A stretch of DNA of 28,548 bases from Selaginella moellendorffii (taxonomy: Eukaryota; Plantae; Lycopodiophyta), in the NCBI RefSeq assembly GCF_000143415.4, contig NW_003314302.1:1301449-1329996 (forward strand), read 5' to 3'. Below the pieces are notes generated by a model. That model was not told the origin of the DNA, did no database searches, and was given only the letters and a program-made list of their open reading frames with translations. Positions 12,273 through 23,920 of this stretch are shown here, piece after piece (within the stretch, counting starts at the first letter, position 1; the number at the start of each line of letters is the position of its first letter). Both the position numbers and the translations under genes were made by a program.

Positions 12273-15074
12273 AAGTAGCCATGAGACGCAAGTTGTTGGT
12301 GAGATAGGAGCAAAAGATGGGGAGACGGAAAAGTAGTAGATAGGGAAATTGAGAGGTATACTTTGATTGAGGAGTGTCTTTTTAGTGTCTTGAAGAACAT
12401 CTAGTGTTCTGATTGAGAAGCATCTTGAAGCACATTGCGAGATTCAAACATTTTTCTCTCACCCTTCTTTGCTCAAACCCTAGTTGTAAAACCCTAAAAA
12501 TTAATGGTCACGATTAATAGTCATGATTTTCATTCTCTTTAATAGTGATTGCTTCCTAGATTCTAGTGATATGTCAATTTTTTAACAGTACTTTAATTTT
12601 GCAAATGGTAGGAAATATTTATTGACAAATCCACTATGAATATAGATTTCATGTGTTCTTTCCAAGGAGACAATCATTCAATGCTTTAGATATTAAGATA
12701 TGTGTAATTGATTGTGAGAGGAATAATACTGTTAAAATGAATGTAGTTATGAGTGAGAGGTGCTAATTAATCATGAGAGTTGTAGCATTGATAGCCTGTT
12801 CTCCCTCTCATATTCATGCTATCTTCCTTTCAAAAAAGTTTCATTCTTTTATGACAAGAGAGAGAGAGTTAAGCTCGGAAAGGTTGGTGTTCATGTGCAA
12901 TCTACTTCAAAATATAGAACCCATAATAAATTTAAATAGGTATAAAATTAATACTTAACTCTACTTTGTCACTAATAACACTCTTTTTTTTGGTAGAATA
13001 AAGAACTGGATGCAAAAAAGGTGAGATGGAAAGTTTTAATCTGAATTGGATGCGATTTTGGAGTTAAAGAGAAAATGTCCCAATGAGTTTATTCATGGCA
13101 GTTTGTTTGTTGGCCAAGTGACTTTGAATAGTCATCTTTAAGATGGCCACCTTTAGTCCTCCTTTTGGTGTGGACCTTGTACAACAAATGGATATGGATG
13201 GAGATGGGGACTTAGTTAATTCTTGGATCTATTTTGACCATATGGAACAAGTTTTAGGCTTGTCAACAATAAAAGCCCATGTTTATGATCACAAGTAAGT
13301 GGCTTTTCATTCTTTAAGGATTCCATACTAATTTATATTATAACTAGTCTTTCTATACTTTGTAGTGCAACTTGACTATAGCTATAACCAAATTCAAGGT
13401 TTAGAATTTCTAAGCTCAACCCTCTTTTGGATATGTATATTTGAGGTTGTTGAGCAGTGAACCAAAAAGAAACCCAACTTCTGCAGTTTCATGGCAGATG
13501 CTACTGGTGTTAACTAGTTGGCTGTACGACAAGTATTTAGAGGTGATAAAAGTCAGCCGTTACAAAGTAGAGAGAAGAGTTATGAGTTTTATTGGGCAAA
13601 GAGTATTAACGAACATTGCCAATACATCAAGTCTAACTTTCATTACGAGTCCAAGCAACTTTGTTAGGAATGAATAGATGCACCAACTAAAAAGGAGCAC
13701 TGTAAACAACCAAAGAGAACGACTCAAGAGACGATCAATAGGGTTCAAATATAGAGGGAAAGGGCCCATGAATAAAAGTGCATCCCCTTTTCCAATCGGT
13801 TATAAGTCTTGGGATATTTGGAGTTAAGTGTCCTTGGGTTTGAATAGTACTGGGCTGGGTGACTTCCCGAGAAGTTCAAATTTAAGAGTTTACAAGCACA
13901 AGGCAAAGGTAAATAAGATGCATATATGGTGGCATAAAGGAGACAAAGTGTCAATTAAACACTTTCCACAAATAGAATGTTAACTTGTATGGTGGGAAGT
14001 TCAAATGTTTTAGTGGGGCTATTATATTTTCTATATAAGTTTTTTCTCATTTCCTTTTTTATCTCATTTAAATGTCGCATTTTTCTTGATCAACCACTTG
14101 ATGACATTTCACTTACACCAACAATTAATCTCTCTAAGAGCAAACATTGGAGTTGGAGAGCTTCCGAAGTAAGGAAAGGAAAAGTGTCCCTTTATGAAGC
14201 TACACTCTTTGACATCACTAAATCTCTTGAGTAGTCATAAAACATTTTGGCTATACAGAAAGCAAGGTTTGGTAGTATATGTCCAAACTTAGACAAGCTT
14301 CGAGAGTGGGTTAGTAGAAGGACAACACCAGCAACAGGGTCAATATCTAAGATGGTGGAGGAAGTTGTTATTGGAACTTCTATGGAATCAAGTTATAAAC
14401 CATTTGGGGACATGAGGATAGCTCATATGAATTGTCGATAGACATTTGATGGGCCTAACATCACTCCTTCTAACTCTCACTGTCTAGAGTTTGACTACCA
14501 TTTTATTCCACAACATCGGAGAAGAACTAAGGAACCTGGAGTGGAGGAGATGCTAATTATTACACAAGTAAATCCAGTGTCAAAGGTTGAGAAGATTATT
14601 GCTCATGAGCCAATTTCTCATATCAACTGGGCAATTCAAAGAGTCAGTGCTAAGAGTAATGCACGTTGCTCTAGAATGATTGGGAGTCAAGGTCAGTGTA
14701 TTGCATTTGTGTATTCAAGTTCAAGTTCTTTAGCAATACCATATTTTTGAGGCTGTTGAGATCTAGGGGTAAAGGGCCGCTAGTCAAGTTGGATTTACTA
14801 TTGTGGGACTGATGTTACTCATAAAAACTAGATCCATAGCTCAATTATCTTGAAGCTAGATTCTGTGCCAGAGGAGTGGCTAGTTAAGTGAAGCTACAAT
14901 CTTTTGAAAGAAGAGATTGAAAGTCTGGAGAGAGTTGGTTTCAAGTTGAAGACTTCCTCAAATGTTGCTATTGATACTAATATGCCATCAATATCAACAC
15001 TAGACTAGCATACATGACCAACTATAAATGGGAAGGTTGTACTATTATGATCTAGTGCAAAAAGACAGAGAAGG

Positions 15075-18000
15075 AGGCATTGGGCCCGTCACTCCAAGAT
15101 AGTACACCTTTCAACTGGCTAACATAAAATACCGAATAAATTTTCACCCCAACTAGCAGCCGCACCCGATAAACTGCTTTACCAATGCACTCCAGCACTT
15201 TATATGGACCAGCATATCGATGGGAAAGTTTATCACTCTTCCCTGTCCTTAAAGGCACCAAGGTATTCTGCCGCTCACTTGATGGAAAGATCACTCGCAC
15301 GAAGACGAGATCACCCACTTTATATTCCCGTAATTGGTGATGCTTATTAGCAAACTTCTCCACTCTATCTTGAGCTACTTGCAAATTCCGTTTACATACT
15401 ACTAGAATCTCATCAAGTTCTGTGGCTAGATCAGTCACTTCGGAATCAAGCTTATTTTGAACATCCTTACTCAAATGCACTCCCACTTCACCGCTGTTTG
15501 GGGATGCCTTCCAAATATAGCAAAGTAAAGACTTAACTTGGTTCCACTGTGTTGGTTATTTTTATAAACAAATTGCACCAATGGAAGATATAGATCCCAT
15601 TGTCCTTACCTTTGACTAATGCTACAAAGTAGCATATCCTCCACCACCTGATTCACACGCTCGGTTTGCCCATCCCTTTGAGGGTGATCTCCGCTCGAGA
15701 GTTTCAAAGTCACTTGCATAGCCTTTGCAAAGCTCTTCTAAAATCCATTGGTGAACTTTGAATGTCGATCACTAATGATGTCCTCTGACAAACCAAAATC
15801 AGGAAAAACCTTCTCCAAGGAAACCACAGCCAAGTTTGAGGCAGTGACAGTCTTTTGAAGAGCCAACAACTACACATACTTCATTAATCAATCCACTATA
15901 ACCCATACTTGCTCCTTTTGCCTTTGTGCTCGTGGCAAATAAGTGATGAAGTCTATAAAGATACTACACCAATGACTTTGAGGAATAGGTAAAGGTTGCA
16001 AAAGTCCCCCTGGCTTCTCCCGTGGCATCTTAACCCGCTGACAGAGCTTGCATGATTTACAATACTCTGAGGATATTAGCCTTCATATTCCTCCAATAAA
16101 AATTGCGCTTAATCAGCTCATACGTCTTTTTCCCCCCAAAATGACCGGCCGCTAGACGATTATGATAGTGGAATAAAACTTGAGTAATTAACGCATCCAC
16201 CCATGGCAAATATACACGACCATTGTAGTAGAGAATCCCATCCATCAATGAGAAAGGGGCTACCATCTAGTTTCATAAAGAGGCCACCTCAGCATCCTAA
16301 GGCTAAGCACGCTCAACTAATTGCCCAAACTCACTGACCACCTTACTCAAATAATGATAAAATTATGTTTGTAACGTTGTCACATGATGAACACGAGATA
16401 AAGCATCTGCCACCATATTTGATTTTCCCGAACGATGCTCAATAAAAAACTCCCAAACTCCATGAATTTGACCATCCAACAAGCTTGCCTAGTGTTCAAC
16501 TCTTTTTGTGTGAAAAGATACACAAGCGTTGCTCTGCGAAATTCAAATTTTGACTCTCATATGCAATAGGCTATCCCTCTTGCATAAGAACTCCTCCCAG
16601 TACATAACCACTCACATCATATGTCACCTCATAAGGTTTTGATGGATTAGCAATGCAAAACACTAAAGTCTCACTCAACAATCATTTCAACACTACAAAA
16701 CTCTTATCTTGTGGCTTCTTCCACTTGAATGGCACATTCTTGCGTAACCGCGTCAAAGGAATAGCCACCTCTACAAACTTATGTTGGAAACATCGGTAAT
16801 AACTAGCTATACCAAGAAAACTGTGCAACTTAACCACTATAATTGGTGTAGGCTAGTTTTCCACTACAGCCACCTTCCTAGGATCCATCTTGACACCCTT
16901 AGATGTCACAATATGGCCTAGATATTAGCACCAAACGGAGACTTACTTGGCTGAATAAATTCAAACTCAAGTAACTCCTTGACTTGTTGTTGAACTTCTT
17001 GCTCCTCCGCATAACTTAACCAAAATAGACGTCGGTAAATTGGCCGCATCCCTGGCTCCAATGTAATCTCATGCTCCACACCTCGTAATGGAGGCAACCT
17101 ATGAAGAAGTTTAGATGGAAAAACATCAAAAAACTCGTCAAGTACATCCCATACTGCTATTTCTCCGCTACACATGCCTTGGTCCTCTAAGTCATGAACA
17201 AACAGCAAGTAACTTGAAAATGCTTTTCCATTACGACAAGCTCGCTTCAAAGATGTAGCAGAGAGCATAACAACTGGTGGTTGAACTCCCTCTCCAAACC
17301 ACACATCTTTAGCGCCACCGTACTCTAGTGAAACATGCTTAATACTCCATAGATCCATCTTCACCAACCATGGCATCCCAAGAATATGCTTTATTTCGTT
17401 AAAGTGGGACTTATTCAGTAAAGTGGGACATTAATTAGCATGTGTCCACATGCCATTTCTTAGTACTTAATTAATATTTATTAATATTTCTATCAGTTTT
17501 TTAATTTATTTTTTTATATTTCACAATATTATAACACAAAATCATATGAAAAGTTTTTAATTTATAAATTATAAAGTTAAAACTTCAATTTTTTATTGTT
17601 GTTATAAAAATGGCATGTGGCCACACACCATAAGTGGGATAATGAAAAGTCCCACTTTAACGAAATAAAGCATGAATGAGATCTACATGATAGATATCCA
17701 TGAAATAAAAGTTTCCACAAGTGTGGTTTTGCCAACCAACACTTCCAACCCTTTGACACAAGCATCGAAATGCTAAGTAGAGGTAGTTGCACCTTCCACT
17801 GTGTATGGAAGAACTCCTCATGTGACCAGGCCATGCTCCGCAACAAACTTTCCGAAACAAAGTTATCATCACTCCCACTATCTAGTAAAATCTGCACTAA
17901 ATTGCCATGGAACATGCCCTCCAACATTAAGCTGATTCATGAGTATCCTTGAGCTCCATCTTGTTCCACACACAGTTTTGCTGACGAGCAATGATCGAAA

Positions 18001-19080
18001 GTCTCTTCCTCCAACTGGAATGGTCATTCTCGTCATCCTCATGCTGCAAAGTTTACAACTTTTTAGTATCTGACTTACCATGAGTAGAAGATTGGCCATT
18101 CTTTGTGGCCTGCTACTTGTTCTTCAGCTGTGGACAATTAGCCTTGTAGTGTCTAAGTTCACCGTAATGATGACAACCTTGTTTATAATTTTTTACAAAG
18201 AACTTCTACTTCTTGGACCCCTTTGCATCCGAAGTAGTCACCATTGCCTTCAACTTATGATACTTGTTCCCATCCTTGTGTCCACGGCGATTATCACTAT
18301 TGTTCTTGACAAAAGGACTCCGTGAATGTTTGCAAGACTTGTGCTTGTCATTGTCAAGTCGACAAGCCGCATCAAAGAGCTCCTCCAAACTCTTTGTAGG
18401 CTGAGAATGACATAAGTTTTACCACATGCTCTCACTATGAAGGCCATCAATAAAGTAGGACTTGTTCTTATCTAGATCCTTCATTAGAACACGACTAATC
18501 AAGTGAGTAAACTTCTCAATATAGTTCCCAAGTGTCATTTTCCCTTGCTGGAAATGTTGAAGTTCTATACAAGCATTCTCTACATTGTAATGAGGGGCAA
18601 AATGCAAATAAAAACAATTTCAAACTTATCCATGGTAAACACTGGTGGTTTCTTATCTATAACATGAAACTCCTCAAGCCAATTCCACCATCAAAAGCCT
18701 GCATCATGCAAAAGCATTGGAATAGCCACTAAAGCCTCTGCATCTGGAGTTCCCCTAGCAGCCAAGAACTTTTTCACATTGGCTTGTCAGGCGAGACACT
18801 CATCCACACCACCATCATTGGAAAAGGTTAGAATCTTGAGTCGATCTACCAAAGAAGGCTCACTTGGAGTGCTACCAAGTCCAATCTTGAGTGCCTCAAC
18901 ACACCCACGCATGGTATCCATCATGCCATGCATCTCGTCTTGCATCTCTTACTAATTTCGATTAAGGGCTCGCAACTCATGAACCATATCTTGAATGGTC
19001 CAAATCTCCACAACTCCATTGATACCATTGTCGGCACCACCATCGACAATAGGATTCCAGCGTTTAGCTTAGTCGGCCAT
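15075..19080 (-). pseudogene. gag-pol remnant
   Basis: gag (LQHFQQGKMTLGNYIEKF), protease (LLDSGSDDNFVS; DLILGMPWL), RT start (LPPLRGVEHEITLEPG..SKSPFGA) joined directly to LGHIV (YxDD core deleted), integrase HHCC (YHNRLAAGHFG) and GPY module (YAGPYKVLE..FYVSQLK). Confidence 0.92.
17386..17673. mobile_element. 288-bp MITE with perfect 27-bp TIRs and apparent 4-bp TSD
   Basis: TIR ATGCTTTATTTCGTTAAAGTGGGACTT at both ends. GAAT flanks (17382-17385 / 17674-17677). Excising it restores protease DLILGMPW. Second internal inverted repeat (TGTGTCCACATGCCATTT / AAATGGCATGTGGCCACA). Confidence 0.93.
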
Positions 19081-19093
19081 TGCAACCAACCTA

Positions 19094-19105
19094 TTTCTGA
19101 TACTA
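19094..19105 (-). promoter_or_regulatory. Eroded tRNA-iMet primer-binding site
   Basis: Minus strand TAGTATCAGAAA just inside the 5' LTR, versus canonical TGGTATCAGAGC. Confidence 0.75.
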
Positions 19106-19106
19106 A

Positions 19107-19323
19107 TGTTATGATCTGGCGCAAAAAGACAGAGATCTAGTCGCCCTAGACTATACTACACCACCTCTTGGGGTTTTTCACCACCCAACCACCCCCAAGC
19201 TACCTCAAAAGCTCCACTATCAGCCCTATGGTAGGTTAAGTCCCTTACTCTAGCATGCCTTAATATACCCTTGAGCCTCCCTTTGACTGACATTGACCAT
19301 GTGGTCAAAGTTGGTGCCTAACA
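19107..19323 (-). repeat. 5' LTR (217 bp) of the Gypsy element
   Basis: TGTTATGATC...GCCTAACA. Its first 26 bp match 15043-15070, and it abuts the PBS and the TSD. Confidence 0.88.
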
Positions 19324-19849
19324 TGTACAATATAGGTCTTCCATTTCAAAAGGTGCACAAAAGAAAATTAAGCTAACAAAAACGTTGAAATGCACAATCA
19401 CAAAGATAAATTACATCAGTGCCATAGTTAAGGAGTTTGTTGTTGTGACTAAGTCATCAAAGGGTACAAGGTACACTATCAAAATCTATGAAAATCCATC
19501 TTATACCTATCCAGATTTTACATAGAGGGAGAATAGGGGAAAGGTATATTAAGCTTACAAATATATTTATTAGATTTTTATGTAGAAACTAAACTAAGAT
19601 CCTAAGATCAACCATCATATCCACTAGGCAAGCCTTACAATTCCAAAGCTTGAGAAGTGTTTTTAGATTTCTTTTAGTGTTTGGATCGATATTTATATTT
19701 GTATTTTATTGATTGAATTTACTTAGAAATATAAATTAAATCAAAATTTGAAAGATGAAAAGCTGTTAGTTTAGGACGAACCAATGTTTTTCTTGTGTTT
19801 GAAAAGCCATAAGCTCATGAGCTCAAAACTTACTTAGGCTCCTTTCATC

Positions 19850-20790
19850 AAACCTTTCTAATTGTTCCCTATGGCCATAAAACTTTTATTAATTCAAGCT
19901 CAGTTAAAATGAATAGACTATGGTCATTCTTTACAACATTAACACTAACAAAGAACATATGTTCAAGGAATCTTTCAAAGCATATGGTATTTTGATAATA
20001 TCTGGTGGGAGACATGGCAACTGCAAATTACTATCACTATTGCCAAGTTTAAAAAGCCATTCAGAAAAAGTCTATCTCCACACCTGTTGTAAATTTTGTT
20101 TTCCCAAATACCGATGATATTATAAATATTTACACAGGTGCATCAAAGCTCATTCTCACCCCACTCAAAGATGACATATTCAGAATAAATAATGACATTG
20201 TTAGAAGACTACCTGGTGATCATATGTTCACTTAAGCATTGATATGGTTGACTCAAATGACCTTGAAAAGTTCCCAATTGAATTCTTAAATTCAATCACC
20301 CCTTTGGCACTACCACCACACAAATTAATTTTAAAACAAAATGTGATTTTGATTCTTCTTAGGAACATATCTCCACAAATTGGTTTATGCAATAGCACTC
20401 ACCTCATTCCCAGGTAAACATCTTGAAATGTTTTAGATTGTAAAATTATCACAGGACAATTCAAGGGATCGCAAGTTTTTATTCCATATATTACTCTTAC
20501 ACCTTCTGATGTTAAAATCCCTTTTAAGATATCCCAAAGACAATTCTCAATTCATCTAAATTATTGCTTTAACAATTTCTAAAGCCCAAGGCCAAACTTT
20601 TGATTGTGTTGGCATTTACCTCCCCTAACCTATTTTCACACATGGTCAATTTTATGTTGCCCTCTCAAGGTGTAGATCACCTGAACAACTTTGTGTTCAA
20701 GTGACTTCCAACCCTTGTTCAAGGCAATCTTATACCACATGATCAACACTTTTACATTGTGAATATAGTCTATGCTGAAATTCTTACCTA
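19850..20790 (+). pseudogene. Helitron Pif1 helicase C-terminal half
   Basis: EFLNSITP.ALPPHKLILK..LLRNI..GLCNST, VFIPYITL, QRQF, KAQGQTFDCVGIYL, FTHGQFYVALSR, NIVY.EIL. Confidence 0.92.
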
Positions 20791-21891
20791 AATTGAAAAT
20801 TACATGGCATAATTTCAAATCCAACCATGATTCCACAAAGCTATCTGCTTAGCCACCCTTAACTTGTAGCTGCGAGTTTCAAGTGCACACCACAAGAAAG
20901 CTAACACTATATGGTGTGCGGGTGGTGTGCCATTTTGGTTATGGCAACGTGTTATGAAGGTGCTAATGGTAGAGGTACAGTTTTCATCCAATTGCTTCCC
21001 AAAGTGCAGCTCTCATTGCCGTATAATGGTTTCCGGCTCATCTCAAGAGGAACCTCTCCAGCAGGCTGTGGAGCAACTTGCAACACCTGGGCCAAAGATG
21101 GACTTGGAAGCATTCTTTTTGCATTCAGAATGGAGGATTGCAACTCAACACTGATTTAATCTAGCTTATGCAATGCTCATGGGCAGAGTTCGTAAATTCA
21201 GTAATGCACTTACTATACTTGGTTGTTGTCTAAACTCTTCAAATCCAGATTTCCTATGCTGATTTTATGATTACAGCTAACTTGTGGGGCATGATGCAGG
21301 ATAACCACAGCCACCACAGCTTAGTTTTTCTGAAATATCCAACACCTTAACACACACTAAGTTATAGTTAAGACATTCATGTTCGGTCAAGAGAATGTCT
21401 TTAAATTGTGGAGTTGATAAAACAGCAAACATCAGCAAACCTCTTGAAATGGCATGAAATTTGCCAACCACCCAGCATTTGCTGGGCAATTGCTAATATC
21501 AAAATGAAACTATAATGAATATCATCAAATGTCATGTCTATTGCATTCACAATGTATGAAACCAATTGTGAGCTATTCATGGACTATGAAATCCTGTTTT
21601 TTTTTCTAATGAAGCATCCTACTATCAAGTCCATCGTTTTTCTTGCAGTTAAAGAAGCGTGATTCGCGAAAAGCCCTAAATTTTGAAGTTTAAAATTCGC
21701 ATATTTATATTCGCATATCCCCGAGTCGGAGATCCAACGGCCACGACAAACTGGACACGTGGAAGCAGTGGATTCAGGCTCGGAGCTGTAAGCAAATTAT
21801 AAGATCTCTGTGGTCTGATTTTCCCTCTCTTTCGCGGTCGCGTCGTGCGTAGGGCTTTCGATCCCGGGAGCTGGATTGGATCGATCGATCC

Positions 21892-23691
21892 ATGGCGGTG
21901 AAGGACGGCGCTGTGAGCGCCGATGCGTTTGAGGCGGGCGGCGGCGGCCTGGTGCTCCAGTCCAACGGCAAATCCCCCCCCAAGGTGCGTTGCTTCTCTC
22001 CCTCTGACCTAAAATGGAGCGCCTCGCGGTGGCATTCTGATCGATCCGGCGCCCCGGGCTTCCAGGTCGTTGTGCAGACCAAGAAGATTCTCTCCAAGCA
22101 CGCCGGGAAGCTTGCGACTCGCGCGGACAAGCATGAGAAATTTATCAACAAGGTGAGAAAGAGGAGAGGTTTTATGGGATTTTCTTCTCAATTTCATTCG
22201 CATTCCTTTGCAGGTGAAGTATTGTCTTGGAGTCTTTTGCTTTGGCACATTTTGCTACTTGCTTGGTTCAAGTAAGTTCCTTCATTGGTTTTTTTCTTTC
22301 TTTTTTTTTTCTTTTGCGTACGATGAAAGCTTTGATCTTTCTTATCATTTTCTCCAGGGCCTCAAGATATCCCGTATTTATACTGCACATTCTTCATAAC
22401 CGTGGCGCCTCTCCGGTGGATATACTATAGAATAAGGAAGTGGCACTATTATCTATTTGTAGGCGTTCTTTTCTATTTGTCTTTCTGTTCTTGACGATTC
22501 TTCTCTGCAGGACTTCTGTTACTACGCAAACGCCATCTTTATGGCAATGCTGCTCTATTTTCCGAAAAACGAGAGGCTGTTTATGGTCTGCTTTGCCTTT
22601 GCTGAGGTATGCCTTTCCAGATTTGTATCTTCTTTTGGAGACACACGCATTGTTATTGTTTTTGCAGGGACCTCTTGCCTGGGCGTTGATTATATGGAGA
22701 TGCAGCCTTGTGTTCAGCTCGATCGACAAAATTATCAGCGTGTTGATCCATTTGCTTCCTGGTGAGTGATTGATTGTGCTTTTTCGCATTTATGCTCACT
22801 TCGATTGCTCCCAGGTCTGGTATTTTTTATCGTTCGTTGGTGGGACCCGAGTACATTCTCACTTCATTCAACCGAGCTCACTGGACCATGGCCTGCTTGG
22901 CCCTTGGTCCAAACTCGAACAGATCTGTGGACCTGGCTTTTTGCTGTTCCTTTGGCTGCATACACGGTGTGGCAGATCCTTTACTTTCTCATTGTCAACG
23001 TGCTAAGGCGACAGAGGCTGTTGAATGATCCCGAGATCATGACTTCTTACAGGTTAGCGGAACTTTCTTTTCATTTGGTGTTTCTTTTTACTATTTTTTT
23101 TCGAACTTAACATGCTCTTGTATCAGGGAGTTGTCTCGTAAAGCCTCGAGAGCGAATAACATATGGTGGCGACTGAGTGGAATTCTGGGAGCTCAAAACC
23201 GGCTAGTCATGTACGCGGTGCTCCAGGCGCTCCTGACGGTGGCAACCATGGCTCTCACAGTCCTGATGTTCAAGTCATATCGGCTCCACTGCGCGTTTGA
23301 GCTCCTCAAGGTGGCAGCCGCGATCTGGAACGGAGGGAACTTTCTCTTCGAGGTGATGCCCAGGCAAGCAGACAGGAAGAAAGCCAAAGCCATCGCGAAG
23401 CTGCAAGTAGCTCCGGCACCATCATCTCTCGCAAATGGCTCCGCCGGCAACACTCACAGCAGTGACGACAAGATGGTTTGCTCGATCTGCCGCAAGCTCA
23501 GCGCTCCAAACATGTCGGGGATGAAGTTCATGCTCAGCCAAAACGATGGATCCGTCCAAGAGCTGGCGAGCGACGAGGGCGAGAGACAACCAGCGAGAGA
23601 CATCACAGCTTCATCGCCCAGATTGCGACGAAAATCATATGGAGACTTGAACGCTCTCCAGGAACACCAGCAGCATTCCATCGACAGCTAA
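21892..23691 (+). CDS. GPC1: Glycerophosphocholine acyltransferase (GPCAT, DUF2838 membrane protein), multi-exon
   Basis: Spliced translation [106 protein letters not shown]. Canonical short GT-AG introns; TAA at 23689-23691. Confidence 0.9.
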
Positions 23692-23763
23692 AACTTCGTT
23701 TTGTTTTTCCTCTTTGTAACATAAAGCCTTTCGTGTATTCCGTGCGTGGCGCCACCTAAGCTG

Positions 23764-23920
23764 GCCACGTGGTTGCCGCGTGTCAATCTTTGTGCAAATG
23801 TGGTAGCCACGTGGCTTGATACGCGGCACTTAGTGATGATTACCGAACGTTCATACAAAGAATGAGGCGGTCCCCATACGCCCGTTGCTTGCACGGAGAA
23901 GAGGAGACGAGGCATTTAAA
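23764..23920 (+). promoter_or_regulatory. G-box/ABRE pair, CE3-like element and TATA-like box upstream of the Cys-rich gene
   Basis: CACGTG at 23766-23771 and 23808-23813 (GCCACGTGG context), CCGCGTGTC ~23776-23784, TTTAAA ~23915. Confidence 0.5.

Larger units (their letters stand above)
15043..19323 (-). mobile_element. Ty3/Gypsy LTR retrotransposon (chromovirus-like), deleted and decayed
   Basis: Exact TSD TGTAC (15038-15042 / 19324-19328). 5' LTR 19107-19323 (TG..CA). Only ~26 bp of the 3' LTR remain (15043-15070). Domain order gag-PR-RT-RH-IN. Confidence 0.93.
12612..19660 (+). pseudogene. MULE-type DDE transposase with C-terminal SWIM finger, split by the Gypsy element (parts ~12612-15042 and 19329-19660)
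   Basis: WIYFDH (first D), FMADATGVN*LAVRQVF...REKSYEFYW (second D plus eroded CxxH), PTINLSKSKHWSW (eroded E). YTIKIYENPSYTYPDF...AYKYIY is a SWIM CxC..CxH with Cys/His>Tyr transitions. Introns near 13295-13365 and 13960-14070. Confidence 0.8.
7832..19841 (+). mobile_element. Mutator-like (MULE) DNA transposon with short degenerate TIRs and two divergent genes
   Basis: 8-bp TSD CTTTCATT/CTTTCATC (7824-7831 / 19842-19849) splits Helitron motif GDF-H-Q. The 20-bp ends GGGACTGGGTAGTTTTTGAG and rc GAGCCTAAGTAAGTTTTGAG match 14/20, with 4 of 6 mismatches G/A. Encloses a DDE+SWIM transposase remnant. Confidence 0.82.
1..20790 (+). mobile_element. Decayed Helitron (Rep/Pif1 helicase), host of all nested insertions; original pieces ~1-1435, 4982-5229, 7318-7831, 19850-20790
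   Basis: Rep motifs (LPSTFSGSP..MQQHYQD..KPDLFITFTCN, KRGLPHCH HUH motif, INVEICASIKSVKY..YIYKG) are followed in collinear order by Pif1 motifs (GGTGK, IWDEISM, FGG..SGDF|HQ, LPPHKLILK, KAQGQTF, HGQFYVALSR). The reading resumes across each TSD. The 5' end is outside the window and the 3' CTRR end was not identified. Confidence 0.93.

Noticed and set aside
21155-21170. CTAG as a possible Helitron 3' end
   Set aside because: Not followed by T, and no GC-rich hairpin 10-15 bp upstream.
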